A DNA stretch of 64,000 nt from a phage, in the sequence record PZ445134.1. The stretch is one strand, 5' to 3'. The notes under the pieces are model-generated. The model made no database searches. It was not told where the DNA came from and worked only from the letters and a program-made list of their open reading frames with translations. Below are positions 37,528 through 46,788 of this stretch, one piece after another. How positions within the stretch are numbered: the stretch's first letter is position 1; every line of letters begins with the position of its first letter. The position numbers were made by a program, and so were the translations under genes.

Positions 37528-37793
37528 TAGTATTTTTCCTCAGGTCGAAATACTGCACGACACGCCCACATGCTGGCTTCTTTTAGATGTTGCTTAGCAT
37601 ACTTAAGAGCCTGCACTGCATCCATATCTTCTTTGGTTTGTTGCTCTGATTCATTTTCTTTCAAGATATATGCTTCTTCAATCAGAGCATCAAACATCAA
37701 TCCAAGACGGACTTCTGCATCTTTAATAGCGTTCACTTTACTGATTTTATCGTCGGTATGCGGCTTGTAGCCTTTGATGTCTTCAATCGGCAT
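37527..37793 (-). CDS. hypothetical protein
   Basis: ORF-track 144 aa ORF trimmed to internal ATG to avoid 179-nt overlap with the next ORF. Confidence 0.4.
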   Translation of the reverse strand: MPIEDIKGYKPHTDDKISKVNAIKDAEVRLGLMFDALIEEAYILKENESEQQTKEDMDAVQALKYAKQHLKEASMWACRAVFRPEEKY

Positions 37794-38007
37794 AAGGAAT
37801 TTCCTCATCGGTGGCAAGGTCATATTCGACCAATTGGATAGGCTCATTAATACCATATCCGCGTACAGTGATATCGGTTGACGGATATTTTCCAGTAATA
37901 TCACCCGTTCTAAAGGCTTCAATGAATGATTGCTCGCCTGAGCAACTAAACCAGGCGGCAAAACATTTTAAAACATCTTCAGACCCTTCTATAATCAATT
38001 TAGCCAT
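37783..38007 (-). CDS. hypothetical protein
   Basis: 74 aa ORF; start adjacent to grcA stop. Confidence 0.4.
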   Translation of the reverse strand: MAKLIIEGSEDVLKCFAAWFSCSGEQSFIEAFRTGDITGKYPSTDITVRGYGINEPIQLVEYDLATDEEIPYAD

Positions 38008-38369
38008 TATAGACTCTCAGTAAAGGTACGAGCGATAACGTCGCTCTGTTGTTCTGGAGTCAGAGAGTTAAAGCGAACTGCATAACCGGATACACGAATG
38101 GTCAGCTGAGGATATTTTTCCGGATGCTTAACTGCATCTTCCAGAGTTTCACGACGCAGAACGTTAACGTTCAGGTGTTGACCACCTTCAATTTTAACTT
38201 TAGGTTGATGTTCAATTTCAATTTCACGGGCATTCAAACCGTAGAAAATTTCCGGGTCTACAATAGCGTCTTCTTTAAAAGTCTTAGAGACAATAATCCG
38301 GGCCTGGGTACCGTCTTCAAAATAAATAGTGCCTTTATGCGCACCTTCAAGAATTTGATATGCTTTCAT
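38007..38369 (-). CDS. grcA: autonomous glycyl radical cofactor GrcA/YfiD homolog
   Basis: 120 aa; C-terminal ...[48 protein letters not shown]...ARTFTESL matches my recall of E. coli GrcA glycyl-radical domain (RVSGYAV). Confidence 0.85.
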   Translation of the reverse strand: MKAYQILEGAHKGTIYFEDGTQARIIVSKTFKEDAIVDPEIFYGLNAREIEIEHQPKVKIEGGQHLNVNVLRRETLEDAVKHPEKYPQLTIRVSGYAVRFNSLTPEQQSDVIARTFTESL

Positions 38370-38375
38370 ATAACC

Positions 38376-38684
38376 TCAATTAGAAAATAAATTTATCCAA
38401 GTTTTTTCTTTAATCAAAAATGGGTCGGAATTAAACGCCATTAAACTTTGAGTGATTAATCCTTTAAATGACCCATCAATAAATTCCATTTTGAAATGCG
38501 GAATACTAGTCATCAACCGTGCATTAGGAGCAGTACAAAGAACCTGCCGACCTGCGAATGGACCTTTAGTCAAACGATATCGTTTAGGTTTAAAATGGTA
38601 GATCTCGTAATTTTCTACAAGAGCCCTTTTATTGCATACTGGGCTGTTATAACAATACTCAAAAACTTCAATAGTGGTCATCAT
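38376..38684 (-). CDS. hypothetical protein
   Basis: Start at ATGATGA overlap with upstream stop. Confidence 0.45.
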   Translation of the reverse strand: MMTTIEVFEYCYNSPVCNKRALVENYEIYHFKPKRYRLTKGPFAGRQVLCTAPNARLMTSIPHFKMEFIDGSFKGLITQSLMAFNSDPFLIKEKTWINLFSN

Positions 38685-39220
38685 TGCATTCCAATCACAA
38701 AAAATTGAGGACGAGCAATACCGCCGATGCAATATTTGCTTTTGCAACAGTGTTGGACTGTTTTAATATGTATGTTGTAAATCTTATCCATATCAGGAGC
38801 TTTAATAGGCTCGTCAATTATATACAGAATACGAGAAAGCGTTAATCCACGGAATTTAGAACCTTCATTGCCAATAAAACTACGGACAGAATCAGTAAAT
38901 AAACGGAATCGAATATCGTCGCTAGAATAACGAGAAAATTCTTTTTTAATGTTGCCAACAGAAATTTTAGCATAGGCTGAAGTATTAGAAAGAACAATAA
39001 CTGTTCCACCGTCATACAGCCAATTAACAGCAAAATTAGTTACTGCAGTCGATTTACCCGATTGTCTGCCGCCGTCTAAACGAAGTGTACAGTACTGCTT
39101 GAGTACGTCTTCAAATGGTGGGGCATAACCGTTCTTACAAATTTCTTCTACTCTAGCATCAGAATGGTGTGTAAAAGCATTCATCAGGGATAGATAAGGT
39201 CCAGTTAAAAATGTTCTCAT
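38681..39220 (-). CDS. P-loop NTPase-like hypothetical protein
   Basis: Start at ATG 39220 (MRTFLTGPYL) with SD; GGRQSGKST Walker-A-like; ORF-track start 39337 runs through the upstream promoter. Confidence 0.5.
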   Translation of the reverse strand: MRTFLTGPYLSLMNAFTHHSDARVEEICKNGYAPPFEDVLKQYCTLRLDGGRQSGKSTAVTNFAVNWLYDGGTVIVLSNTSAYAKISVGNIKKEFSRYSSDDIRFRLFTDSVRSFIGNEGSKFRGLTLSRILYIIDEPIKAPDMDKIYNIHIKTVQHCCKSKYCIGGIARPQFFVIGMQ

Positions 39221-39392
39221 TTTATTCTCTCTAGGTTTGGGCCGTTCCGTGGCACATGTTAGGTCCTTCGCCTCGCTATGTAAACCCATTACCGCACTTG
39301 GGCTCGACCTTATTACAGGTTGGAAAAGGTACATCACTCAGAGGACTCGACGTTCGTAAGGAGAGGTTGCGTTTCCCTTTATTAGGCAAGAA

Positions 39393-39722
39393 TTATACTC
39401 TAGGCTTTTGAGCTTGTTTGGTATTGGATTCCCATGCGGCTTTGGTAATTTTGTTAGCGGCATAACCAAAGGCACTAGATAGAACACCTTTAGAGTTGAA
39501 TACATCCAATCCAATAAGTACGCCGGCTGTGCTAAATTTAGGAGCAAAGTACGCATTAGTTTTAGAAAGAGCTTTTTTCAATTCAGGGTCTTGAACCAAG
39601 CCATCAAAAACGCCTTTACTATTTACTTTATATGTTACTTTGGGATTTTTAGCTTCTTCGATAGCAGCTTTCTGTTCTGCAGATAATGTAACTTCAGTGA
39701 TAAACTCTTGATATGTTTTCAT
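39393..39722 (-). CDS. internal-protein-like protein with capsid-targeting sequence
   Basis: Starts MKTYQEFITE (T4 IP N-terminal targeting/cleavage signal); ORF-track N-terminal extension discarded. Confidence 0.65.
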   Translation of the reverse strand: MKTYQEFITEVTLSAEQKAAIEEAKNPKVTYKVNSKGVFDGLVQDPELKKALSKTNAYFAPKFSTAGVLIGLDVFNSKGVLSSAFGYAANKITKAAWESNTKQAQKPRV

Positions 39723-39834
39723 TTTGTTCTCTCTAAATTTGGGCCATGGAATGGCCCATGAATTGTCCATTTCTGTATTTACCACTCCAAGTAATTATGA
39801 ATATACTATCACAATTTTAGGAGAAAGTAAACTG

Positions 39835-40137
39835 TTATTTACCTTTAATTACTTTAGCTGCTTCGATAGCCGCTTGCTGAAGGTCATCCATAGACATACC
39901 GAATTTAGAAGCAAAGTTATCAATTTTCTTTTCGACAGCATTCAAAGGCTTGGCCTGTTTACCTTCATTAGCGCCAGGAAGAGCGAGAATACGCTCTTTG
40001 TCAATATAAAGGCTTACAAGTTTCTTACGGTCTTTATCGGACAAATCATGAAATGAATGGGCCTTTTTATTTATAGCGGATTCTAATTTACCTGCACTCA
40101 CTCGCGCTTCTGCAATAAATTCTTTATACGTTTTCAT
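39835..40137 (-). CDS. internal-protein-like protein with capsid-targeting sequence
   Basis: Starts MKTYKEFIAEA; 100 aa. Confidence 0.65.
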   Translation of the reverse strand: MKTYKEFIAEARVSAGKLESAINKKAHSFHDLSDKDRKKLVSLYIDKERILALPGANEGKQAKPLNAVEKKIDNFASKFGMSMDDLQQAAIEAAKVIKGK

Positions 40138-40200
40138 TTTTGTTTCCTTGTTTGTTTTGATAGAGTAATTATACCATATTAATACTTAAGCGTAAACTGT

Positions 40201-40461
40201 TTAAGCTTTACCGCCAGAAATAATTCCGAAGTTGTTAAAATCGTATCCAATATCGTCAACATCTACTTTAGGGCTTGCTACAACATAAGCAATTTCACTA
40301 CGTTTTGCATAGGTGTTGATTTCTTTACCATCGCCACCTAAGAAAGAATACCCATTACGTTTTAATGAGCCAAAGTCTTCCGCATCACCAATGAAAGCTT
40401 TAACTTTAAATTTATGACCTTTGGCATCTGCTTCAGCGATAAATTCTTGATACATTTTCAT
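40201..40461 (-). CDS. internal-protein-like protein with capsid-targeting sequence
   Basis: Starts MKMYQEFIAEA; 86 aa. Confidence 0.65.
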   Translation of the reverse strand: MKMYQEFIAEADAKGHKFKVKAFIGDAEDFGSLKRNGYSFLGGDGKEINTYAKRSEIAYVVASPKVDVDDIGYDFNNFGIISGGKA

Positions 40462-40467
40462 TTTTCC

Positions 40468-40881
40468 TTAGTAAATTGATTTACCATAGTATTTGTACCA
40501 AGTAGGACGTTGGGCAATTTTTTCGTCTAAGCGTGCTTGACTTATCGCAATGGACGCTTCGGACGGGACATAATTATTACGAAATTCGGCAGGGATGTCG
40601 GAAATATCCTGGACAGTCGTGTCCTTGATTTTGAAACCACGTTTCAAGCATTCAGCGATTAGCTCGATTTGTCGTAAACGTAAAAATTCGAGTTTGTCGT
40701 AAAAGAATGTTACGTGACCTGTGCCTAAGATAAATGTTGGAGAGATTTTAAAATCCTTTACACGTTTACCGTTTTGAACATGTTTACGGACTGCACCAAA
40801 TACGCGTGGTAATTCACGATACTCAGCCATAAGATGTTGGTCGGTCAGTTCAGAAACAAGTGTTAAATTGATACGAGTCAT
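40468..40881 (-). CDS. denV: endonuclease V (pyrimidine-dimer DNA glycosylase) DenV
   Basis: [34 protein letters not shown]... near-identical to my recall of T4 DenV; start at internal ATG. Confidence 0.9.
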   Translation of the reverse strand: MTRINLTLVSELTDQHLMAEYRELPRVFGAVRKHVQNGKRVKDFKISPTFILGTGHVTFFYDKLEFLRLRQIELIAECLKRGFKIKDTTVQDISDIPAEFRNNYVPSEASIAISQARLDEKIAQRPTWYKYYGKSIY

Positions 40882-40908
40882 AATTTCCTCCAAGTAGTTG
40901 ATGAATGT

Positions 40909-40938
40909 ATAGTATCAAAGTCCTTGGAGGAAGTAAAC
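40909..40938 (-). promoter_or_regulatory. T4-type early promoter inside inverted repeat (denV)
   Basis: Minus strand GTTTAC-18 nt-TACTAT flanked by UUCCUCCAAG/CUUGGAGGAA inverted repeat; 3' arm is the SD. Confidence 0.5.
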
Positions 40939-40939
40939 A

Positions 40940-41221
40940 CTATTTTTCTGAAGCGCCTGAAATATATTTTTCAAGACGTTGTTTCATTAGCGAGCCGTTC
41001 TTAGCGATTTCTTCCGGTTTATCGCACATACGCAACAAGGCTTCAAGCTTAACGATATCACTGGTGCGCTCAAATTTGCGAGTATCTATCTTACTAGCAA
41101 GTTCAGAAATACGTGCTAATAGACTTTCGGCTTCAACCAAAGCTGCACCTAGCTTAGTTGCAAATGTGTCAGTAGCTTCGTTAAGAATAGATTCTGATAA
41201 AAATTCACTATATGTTTTCAT
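40940..41221 (-). CDS. internal-protein-like protein with capsid-targeting sequence
   Basis: Starts [10 protein letters not shown]; start overlaps lysozyme stop (ATGA). Confidence 0.6.
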   Translation of the reverse strand: MKTYSEFLSESILNEATDTFATKLGAALVEAESLLARISELASKIDTRKFERTSDIVKLEALLRMCDKPEEIAKNGSLMKQRLEKYISGASEK

Positions 41222-41706
41222 ATATACGCTTTCCAAGTTCCTGTTTTAAATGTTGAGATTACGCGTTTCGCGCGATTAGGTGTCTGACGATACCATTTAG
41301 ACTTGGCTAGATTTACTGCCGCTTCATCCCAACGTTTCTGTTGAAGCATACGAAGAGAATTAGTAAAACCAGCAACGCCTGCTACACCCATTTGGAAGAC
41401 CATATTGACCAATGCACATCGACGAACTGCATCTAAAGAATCATATACCGGTTTAAGTTTAGCATTACCCAAGATTCCGCGAACGGCTTTATCAACGTCT
41501 TCATTAAATAGCTTTTCAGCCTCATCAAGGGTAATTGTACCGTTGCATTTACGTCCGATCATTCTGTCAAGTTCAGCTTTAGCTACGGCTAAAGACGGGT
41601 TCTTTGTTACTAAATGACCTATGCCAATAGTCCAAAAGCCTTCAGTGTCTTTGTATAAAGCCAGTCTAAGACCTTCGTCATTACGAAGCATTTCAAATAT
41701 ATTCAT
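41218..41706 (-). CDS. e: lysozyme (endolysin) e
   Basis: [32 protein letters not shown]... matches T4 lysozyme; start at internal ATG of track ORF. Confidence 0.95.
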   Translation of the reverse strand: MNIFEMLRNDEGLRLALYKDTEGFWTIGIGHLVTKNPSLAVAKAELDRMIGRKCNGTITLDEAEKLFNEDVDKAVRGILGNAKLKPVYDSLDAVRRCALVNMVFQMGVAGVAGFTNSLRMLQQKRWDEAAVNLAKSKWYRQTPNRAKRVISTFKTGTWKAYI

Positions 41707-41740
41707 AATACCTCCCACGTTTATAGGAGGTATTTATTAC

Positions 41741-42199
41741 TTATAGGATGGTAGTGAGCACCTTATATAATGATTTGCCCATTACGTATTCCCATTGAGA
41801 AGGTTTAATTAAAGCGAATGCATCAAATTCAGGAATCTGTCGTCCGTCTGGGAATGTATGATAGGAATTACAAACACTGTTTCTGAATTGCTCGTGCTCT
41901 ACAGGGATGGTATATAGGAACAGATGAATATTCTTATTGTCTGAGTAACGATGTTCACCTAGGTCTTTCAGGAAGGCAGGGTCATATTGTGTAAACCCAG
42001 TTTCTTCTTCGCATTCACGAATAGCGGCTTTGATAGGAGATTCACCGGGCTCGACACGACCTTTAGGAATATCCCACCGATGAGCTAAAGAACCTTTAGG
42101 ACGAGAACCAGTTACACGCCCCATGAATAATTCTTTATCTTCGGTAAGGAAAATAATACCGGCTGATAGTTCTTTCACTTTATTTTTCTTACTCATCAT
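41741..42199 (-). CDS. nudE: Nudix hydrolase NudE
   Basis: Nudix box GRVEPGESPIKAAIRECEEETG; start at MMSKKNK. Confidence 0.8.
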   Translation of the reverse strand: MMSKKNKVKELSAGIIFLTEDKELFMGRVTGSRPKGSLAHRWDIPKGRVEPGESPIKAAIRECEEETGFTQYDPAFLKDLGEHRYSDNKNIHLFLYTIPVEHEQFRNSVCNSYHTFPDGRQIPEFDAFALIKPSQWEYVMGKSLYKVLTTIL

Positions 42200-42440
42200 C
42201 TCGGTCCCATGATTGTTTAAAGATATCTCGTATAATAATTTCAACACATGTTTCTGTTGACGGACTTTCACTATCAGATATTTGGACCATATAATCAGAA
42301 ATAGGTCGGAACATATCCAAGTCGCTTTCTAAATCTTCTTTGATTTTCTCTTCTGACGTTCCGGTATCATAGGAATACAGATAAGAATCACATGATTCTG
42401 ATTTAATGTAAATTGCTATACTCATCTCAAATTCCTGCAT
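42189..42440 (-). CDS. hypothetical acidic protein
   Basis: 83 aa ORF. Confidence 0.45.
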   Translation of the reverse strand: MQEFEMSIAIYIKSESCDSYLYSYDTGTSEEKIKEDLESDLDMFRPISDYMVQISDSESPSTETCVEIIIRDIFKQSWDRDDE

Positions 42441-42913
42441 TCGGTAATAAAACGTTCAACTTCATTATTCTTGGCTTTTATCTTGTCTTTATGTTCTTGT
42501 AAACTACTTTTAATAAGATTAATAATGATGGCGGCGGTACCGCCGCCAATGATGCCACCAACAACACTTATGATACTAGATGCTAATAAGATAGCAATAA
42601 TATCAACAAAACCAAAAGAACTCACCTTAGTACTGAAAAACCATATAGACGGTACAAATATAATCCATCCTGTTATCCATTGGCACTTATTGAAAAACTT
42701 TTCAAGCTCAGCTTGAGTTGTTCGTATTACTTCATCGATAGGTTGATATCCATTAATGTATCTGTTCACGATAATACCTGCTGGCTGGTCGATTTTAAAT
42801 TCTTGACAAATATGTTTCACTAAGTAGGATGGACATCCTGTCCAATCTACTGAATAGTATGAAATACCTTCATTGCCATCGACTATATTAGACCAATATG
42901 TTTTGTTAATCAT
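42422..42913 (-). CDS. membrane protein
   Basis: 163 aa; two hydrophobic helices, Gly-rich segment. Confidence 0.5.
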   Translation of the reverse strand: MINKTYWSNIVDGNEGISYYSVDWTGCPSYLVKHICQEFKIDQPAGIIVNRYINGYQPIDEVIRTTQAELEKFFNKCQWITGWIIFVPSIWFFSTKVSSFGFVDIIAILLASSIISVVGGIIGGGTAAIIINLIKSSLQEHKDKIKAKNNEVERFITECRNLR

Positions 42914-43599
42914 TACCAGCCTTCCATAGGGAATTCCAGATAAACTTGAGCATTGACACGAATTTCATTGGTAATCTTTTTAACTCGGTCTGTATTACGA
43001 GATACACGTCCGAACCAACGCCATCCATTACTAATTGCACGAGAACCAGTGTGCCATGTTTGCCAATCAAACTGAAGAAGAGTACGATCTGGAGCTTCCC
43101 ATTTCTCTAGTTCACCTTTTTCGATTTTTTCGAGGACTTCTTTGTGCCACTGGCGATAGATAAGTTCGCCATCAGGAATCTGACTGAACTCTGCAGTTCC
43201 TGTTGCAAAATGAGTAGGACACACATCAGCGTTAACAAGACCAAGAATATGTTCAGAATGGTAACGAGGGTTGTCATAATCAGGTTGTCCTGCAGTAATA
43301 AAGTGTTGACCGGCCGGAATATCAGGGCGTGGAACATCATCATGGTGATACCCAGGAATAGCAGGATACCAACCGGGCATCAGCATGTGAACTCGTGAAT
43401 CAAATACTACATCCGAGTCTTTCCAATCGTCAGGAAGATTTTGGATAAAGCTACGAGTAATTGGGCCACCATTATCAAAAGCAAAATTCAAATCGCAGTT
43501 AAAGAACATAGGCTCGTTTTTAATCTGGTCATTTTTAATCGCATGAGCAAAACCACCTACTGCACGAGCTTGACTATTAAACACTTTAGAACTATTCAT
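42913..43599 (-). CDS. hypothetical protein
   Basis: 228 aa; His/Trp-rich. Confidence 0.55.
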   Translation of the reverse strand: MNSSKVFNSQARAVGGFAHAIKNDQIKNEPMFFNCDLNFAFDNGGPITRSFIQNLPDDWKDSDVVFDSRVHMLMPGWYPAIPGYHHDDVPRPDIPAGQHFITAGQPDYDNPRYHSEHILGLVNADVCPTHFATGTAEFSQIPDGELIYRQWHKEVLEKIEKGELEKWEAPDRTLLQFDWQTWHTGSRAISNGWRWFGRVSRNTDRVKKITNEIRVNAQVYLEFPMEGW

Positions 43600-43600
43600 A

Positions 43601-43906
43601 TTATTTTCCTCGACATTCTTTAATGAAATTTTCTAGATTGGTAGATTCAATAGCTTTTTTACGAGCTTCTGCGTGTTCTTCTTCAGACAATTTACGTTTA
43701 TAATTGACCCAGACATTATGGTCGAAACTAGTCGTGGCATATAATAACAATGCTCCGACGAATAATAAAAACGGTGATAAGAATACAAAACCAGGAACAC
43801 CATCCATATCGTAAGCCTTTTGTAATACTGCAACAGAAAGGGCTGCGTAAAAAAGCGATGCAAATATTGTTAAAAGACCAATTCGGTTGGTTTCGCCTAA
43901 TTTCAT
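43601..43906 (-). CDS. membrane protein
   Basis: 101 aa; two TM helices. Confidence 0.5.
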   Translation of the reverse strand: MKLGETNRIGLLTIFASLFYAALSVAVLQKAYDMDGVPGFVFLSPFLLFVGALLLYATTSFDHNVWVNYKRKLSEEEHAEARKKAIESTNLENFIKECRGK

Positions 43907-43934
43907 AATATTCTCCTCATGTTTTAATAGGACT

Positions 43935-43964
43935 ACTATAACATAGTCCTATCATGTTGTAAAC
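43935..43964 (-). promoter_or_regulatory. T4-type early promoter inside inverted repeat
   Basis: Minus strand GTTTACA-18 nt-TATAGT; -10 sits in hairpin AUAGGACUA...UAGUCCUAU. Confidence 0.45.
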
Positions 43965-43976
43965 AGTTTTGTGAAG

Positions 43977-44933
43977 TTATTTGAAAGGTTTTACCATATG
44001 GAAATTTTGTTTGAAACGTTTGACGTAATCATCATGTCCTAAGCTTTGGTACATACTTACTACTTTGCTGTAGTTTTCCCAGGCATACTCACGGAACCAA
44101 CCAGAAGTGATGCTTGTGCAGACTTTTTCTAATGCCATCATGAAACTGGCTTCAGGGTTAATTTTAAAGTCATTAGGAATCTGAGAACGTTCTAATGCTA
44201 GTACACATGATTCTTCATATACACCGGCCAATTTGACCATTTCTGGTAATGATTCGAACTTCTCACGTGAGGTCATGACTTCAGAACCGTCTTTCATATA
44301 AAATGTATACGCTGGACGGTCTGTTAGTGCAATGGCTTCATGAATAGTATCATGGTCATACGTATAGATGTCATCTTTAAAGAACGCACTTTTAGAAGTG
44401 TCAAGAACTGGGTGAGCATAGTTCAAGGTTTCTTTCTGGCGTTTCAGCATAATTTCAGTAAGTTCATCGTTCAGTGTAACACCTTTACCACGAAGATACT
44501 GAATATGGTTCATAGTCTTTAAAAAGAATGGATTATTTTTCTTGAAACGATGAGACATCTTAATTGCAAGACATATCTCAGGAGTTGCCCAGTAAAACCC
44601 GTTCAAACGGTCTTTAGACAAATTTTTCTTGGCGTATTTTAAAAGGTCATAAGAAGACGTGAAATCTTCAGGAGTGAGTTCACCGACTAATTCACGGACA
44701 TTAGTGATTGCCGGAACAATATATGCTTCAAAATGAGTTTCGCGTCCATTATGGAAGCATTTGAAAACTTGGACACCAGGGTTATCTTGATGAACATATA
44801 CGCCCATCATTTGATTTTTGAATGTATTCCAAGAACCTTGGTCTGCAATAAAGTCCCAGTCACTATTTTTGATAGCGTTAGAATCAATAAGACCATGATA
44901 GTGAAGTGCACGAGAACCAATAACTAACATCAT
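43977..44933 (-). CDS. hypothetical protein, possible nucleotidyltransferase fold
   Basis: 318 aa; N-terminal VIGSRALHYHGLIDSNAIKNSDWDF resembles GS-x9-14-D-x-D NTase signature. Confidence 0.45.
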   Translation of the reverse strand: MMLVIGSRALHYHGLIDSNAIKNSDWDFIADQGSWNTFKNQMMGVYVHQDNPGVQVFKCFHNGRETHFEAYIVPAITNVRELVGELTPEDFTSSYDLLKYAKKNLSKDRLNGFYWATPEICLAIKMSHRFKKNNPFFLKTMNHIQYLRGKGVTLNDELTEIMLKRQKETLNYAHPVLDTSKSAFFKDDIYTYDHDTIHEAIALTDRPAYTFYMKDGSEVMTSREKFESLPEMVKLAGVYEESCVLALERSQIPNDFKINPEASFMMALEKVCTSITSGWFREYAWENYSKVVSMYQSLGHDDYVKRFKQNFHMVKPFK

Positions 44934-44961
44934 AATATTTTCCTCGGATTAATTCATTAAC

Positions 44962-45213
44962 TTAAATTTCACGACATGCGATATCATATTCATCCCAGAG
45001 GTCATCGTGTGAAGCCTCTACCAATGGAACGATTGTACCATTTATGTCTTCATTATAAGGGCAAATTGTACAGTGTGCATCTTCGAATCGAATGCCTTTA
45101 TGTTCAGATTTTTTATAACGCATATCGAATATCTTTGCAAACTTTTCACGAGTAATGGTTTTAGCAACCACTTCGGTTCCAATACTTTCGTAATAAATCA
45201 TTGTGGGCTCCAT
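44962..45213 (-). CDS. hypothetical protein
   Basis: 83 aa ORF. Confidence 0.45.
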   Translation of the reverse strand: MEPTMIYYESIGTEVVAKTITREKFAKIFDMRYKKSEHKGIRFEDAHCTICPYNEDINGTIVPLVEASHDDLWDEYDIACREI

Positions 45214-45263
45214 TTAATTTGATAGGACTACTATAACATAGCCCTATCTTGTTGTAAACTGTT

Positions 45264-45461
45264 TTAGCAAGAATAACTAGATGATACCCAGCCTTGAACA
45301 GTAATACTATTATTTGATACCGAGATTGCATTCTGGAGATTCAGACCTGCGTTATCTTCAATCCATAATGTAACTTCTTCGCGTTCTTCTGTTGCAATTT
45401 GGAACAGGTTTTCTAGGGCAGCTACTGCCGTACGTACAGCACAATCTAATTCACGAGACAT
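45264..45461 (-). CDS. hypothetical protein
   Basis: 65 aa ORF. Confidence 0.4.
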   Translation of the reverse strand: MSRELDCAVRTAVAALENLFQIATEEREEVTLWIEDNAGLNLQNAISVSNNSITVQGWVSSSYSC

Positions 45462-45470
45462 ATGATTTCC

Positions 45471-45743
45471 TTAGCAAGTGTGAGAAGATGCAATCCAACC
45501 ACCGGTTTCGAGGCTCAGGTTGTAGTCGTATTGGTAAACGTCAGCCCATTCAGCATAGCCGTTTTTTGTACAACGTTCAAGATCGGCTTTAAGCTGTCCT
45601 GGTGAATGATAAGTTCCACCCATACCATAAGCTGGATACAAGTCGAATGATGTGTTTTGTTTATCAGCAATTTCTTTGGCAGCCTCAATAGCTGCATAGA
45701 TTTTTGCTACGGCTTCAGCCAGTTCGGTTTGTTCTTTAGACAT
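45471..45743 (-). CDS. hypothetical protein (tandem paralog A)
   Basis: 90 aa; shares MSK start, AEW...GGWIASSHTC-type C-terminus with neighbour. Confidence 0.5.
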   Translation of the reverse strand: MSKEQTELAEAVAKIYAAIEAAKEIADKQNTSFDLYPAYGMGGTYHSPGQLKADLERCTKNGYAEWADVYQYDYNLSLETGGWIASSHTC

Positions 45744-45752
45744 AATGATTCC

Positions 45753-46058
45753 TTAGCACAACGCAGAAGACGAAACCCAAGCACCTTCAGTAATAACGTA
45801 ACCATTACCTTCACGCTTAACATCGCCACCATTATTTTCAATTTCATCTTTCATCCACTGGGATACGATTTCACCCTTAGGATAATAAGTACGACCGCTA
45901 CCATAATCACCTACAGAAAATGATACGGCGTATTGGTCTGCGATCTTTGTTGCTTCTTCTTCGATACGTTCAGCTTGATTCAGAAGTTTATAAATTGCAT
46001 CTGAAGCGGATTTGGCATCATTAAACTCTGGTACTTTAATTTCAATAATCTTACTCAT
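45753..46058 (-). CDS. hypothetical protein (tandem paralog B)
   Basis: 101 aa; C-terminus EGAWVSSSALC parallels neighbour. Confidence 0.5.
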   Translation of the reverse strand: MSKIIEIKVPEFNDAKSASDAIYKLLNQAERIEEEATKIADQYAVSFSVGDYGSGRTYYPKGEIVSQWMKDEIENNGGDVKREGNGYVITEGAWVSSSALC

Positions 46059-46414
46059 TTTCTACATTCCTTAATAAAGTTTTCTATTGTTTCATTTTCA
46101 CGTCTAGCTAGGAGTTCATTATAACTAATCATTTGAGAAGCGTAAACCTTTTTATTTTTCTTGTTATGGCTTATAAAATCGTAGTAAAAATAGACTACAG
46201 TACAAAATGACGCGATGGATGCAAAGGCTTGGGTATACCGTAAGTCCTGCCATTGGTCTGTGAATCCACCAGTGTTCCCTATAAATCCTAATACAACGCC
46301 GTCAATAAGAAATCCAACTAATCCAAAGGCAAATCCCATGCTAATACTCATAATAAAAATTAGAATGTTCTCGCCAAGAGAAGGCCATACGGTTAAGAGT
46401 TGAGGCTTTTGCAT
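46055..46414 (-). CDS. membrane protein
   Basis: 119 aa hydrophobic. Confidence 0.45.
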   Translation of the reverse strand: MQKPQLLTVWPSLGENILIFIMSISMGFAFGLVGFLIDGVVLGFIGNTGGFTDQWQDLRYTQAFASIASFCTVVYFYYDFISHNKKNKKVYASQMISYNELLARRENETIENFIKECRK

Positions 46415-46788
46415 CTTATTTCCTTAACGAATTCCATAGCTTCTTCATATTCATACTTTTTAACAGCTTCATCATACTGAGCTTGGGCTTTTGCGCACTG
46501 ATCTTTCCATTCTCTTAATCGGGCTCTGTGATGACGGCCTTGGTACCAATATCCTACCCAATTAATAGGCATTAATAAAAACGGTACAATAAGTGGTGCG
46601 ACGAACATTAATGAAAATGCTGCATCAGACGATATAACTTCACTAGAATCTAAAACAGCTCCTATAATCATAAAGATTAAAAATGCTAAAGCTAAAATAG
46701 GGCCAAATAGTACTTCATTTGGGATTAATTTACGCTTGTATTCATACGCCCAGGGCTTAATTGGCATGTATAGGGTTGGCTTTGACAT
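46393..46788 (-). CDS. membrane protein
   Basis: Start trimmed to internal ATG; TM helices. Confidence 0.45.
   Translation of the reverse strand: MSKPTLYMPIKPWAYEYKRKLIPNEVLFGPILALAFLIFMIIGAVLDSSEVISSDAAFSLMFVAPLIVPFLLMPINWVGYWYQGRHHRARLREWKDQCAKAQAQYDEAVKKYEYEEAMEFVKEIRCKSLNS

Noticed and set aside
39263-39392. Relatively GC-rich non-coding stretch upstream of the P-loop gene, considered as a structured RNA or intron fragment
   Set aside because: No group I core motifs or convincing covarying stems by hand; downstream part resolves into an ordinary early promoter plus leader hairpin.
39338-39556. 72-aa minus-strand ORF
   Set aside because: Alternate frame overlapping the internal-protein-like gene and running through the promoter/leader of the downstream gene.
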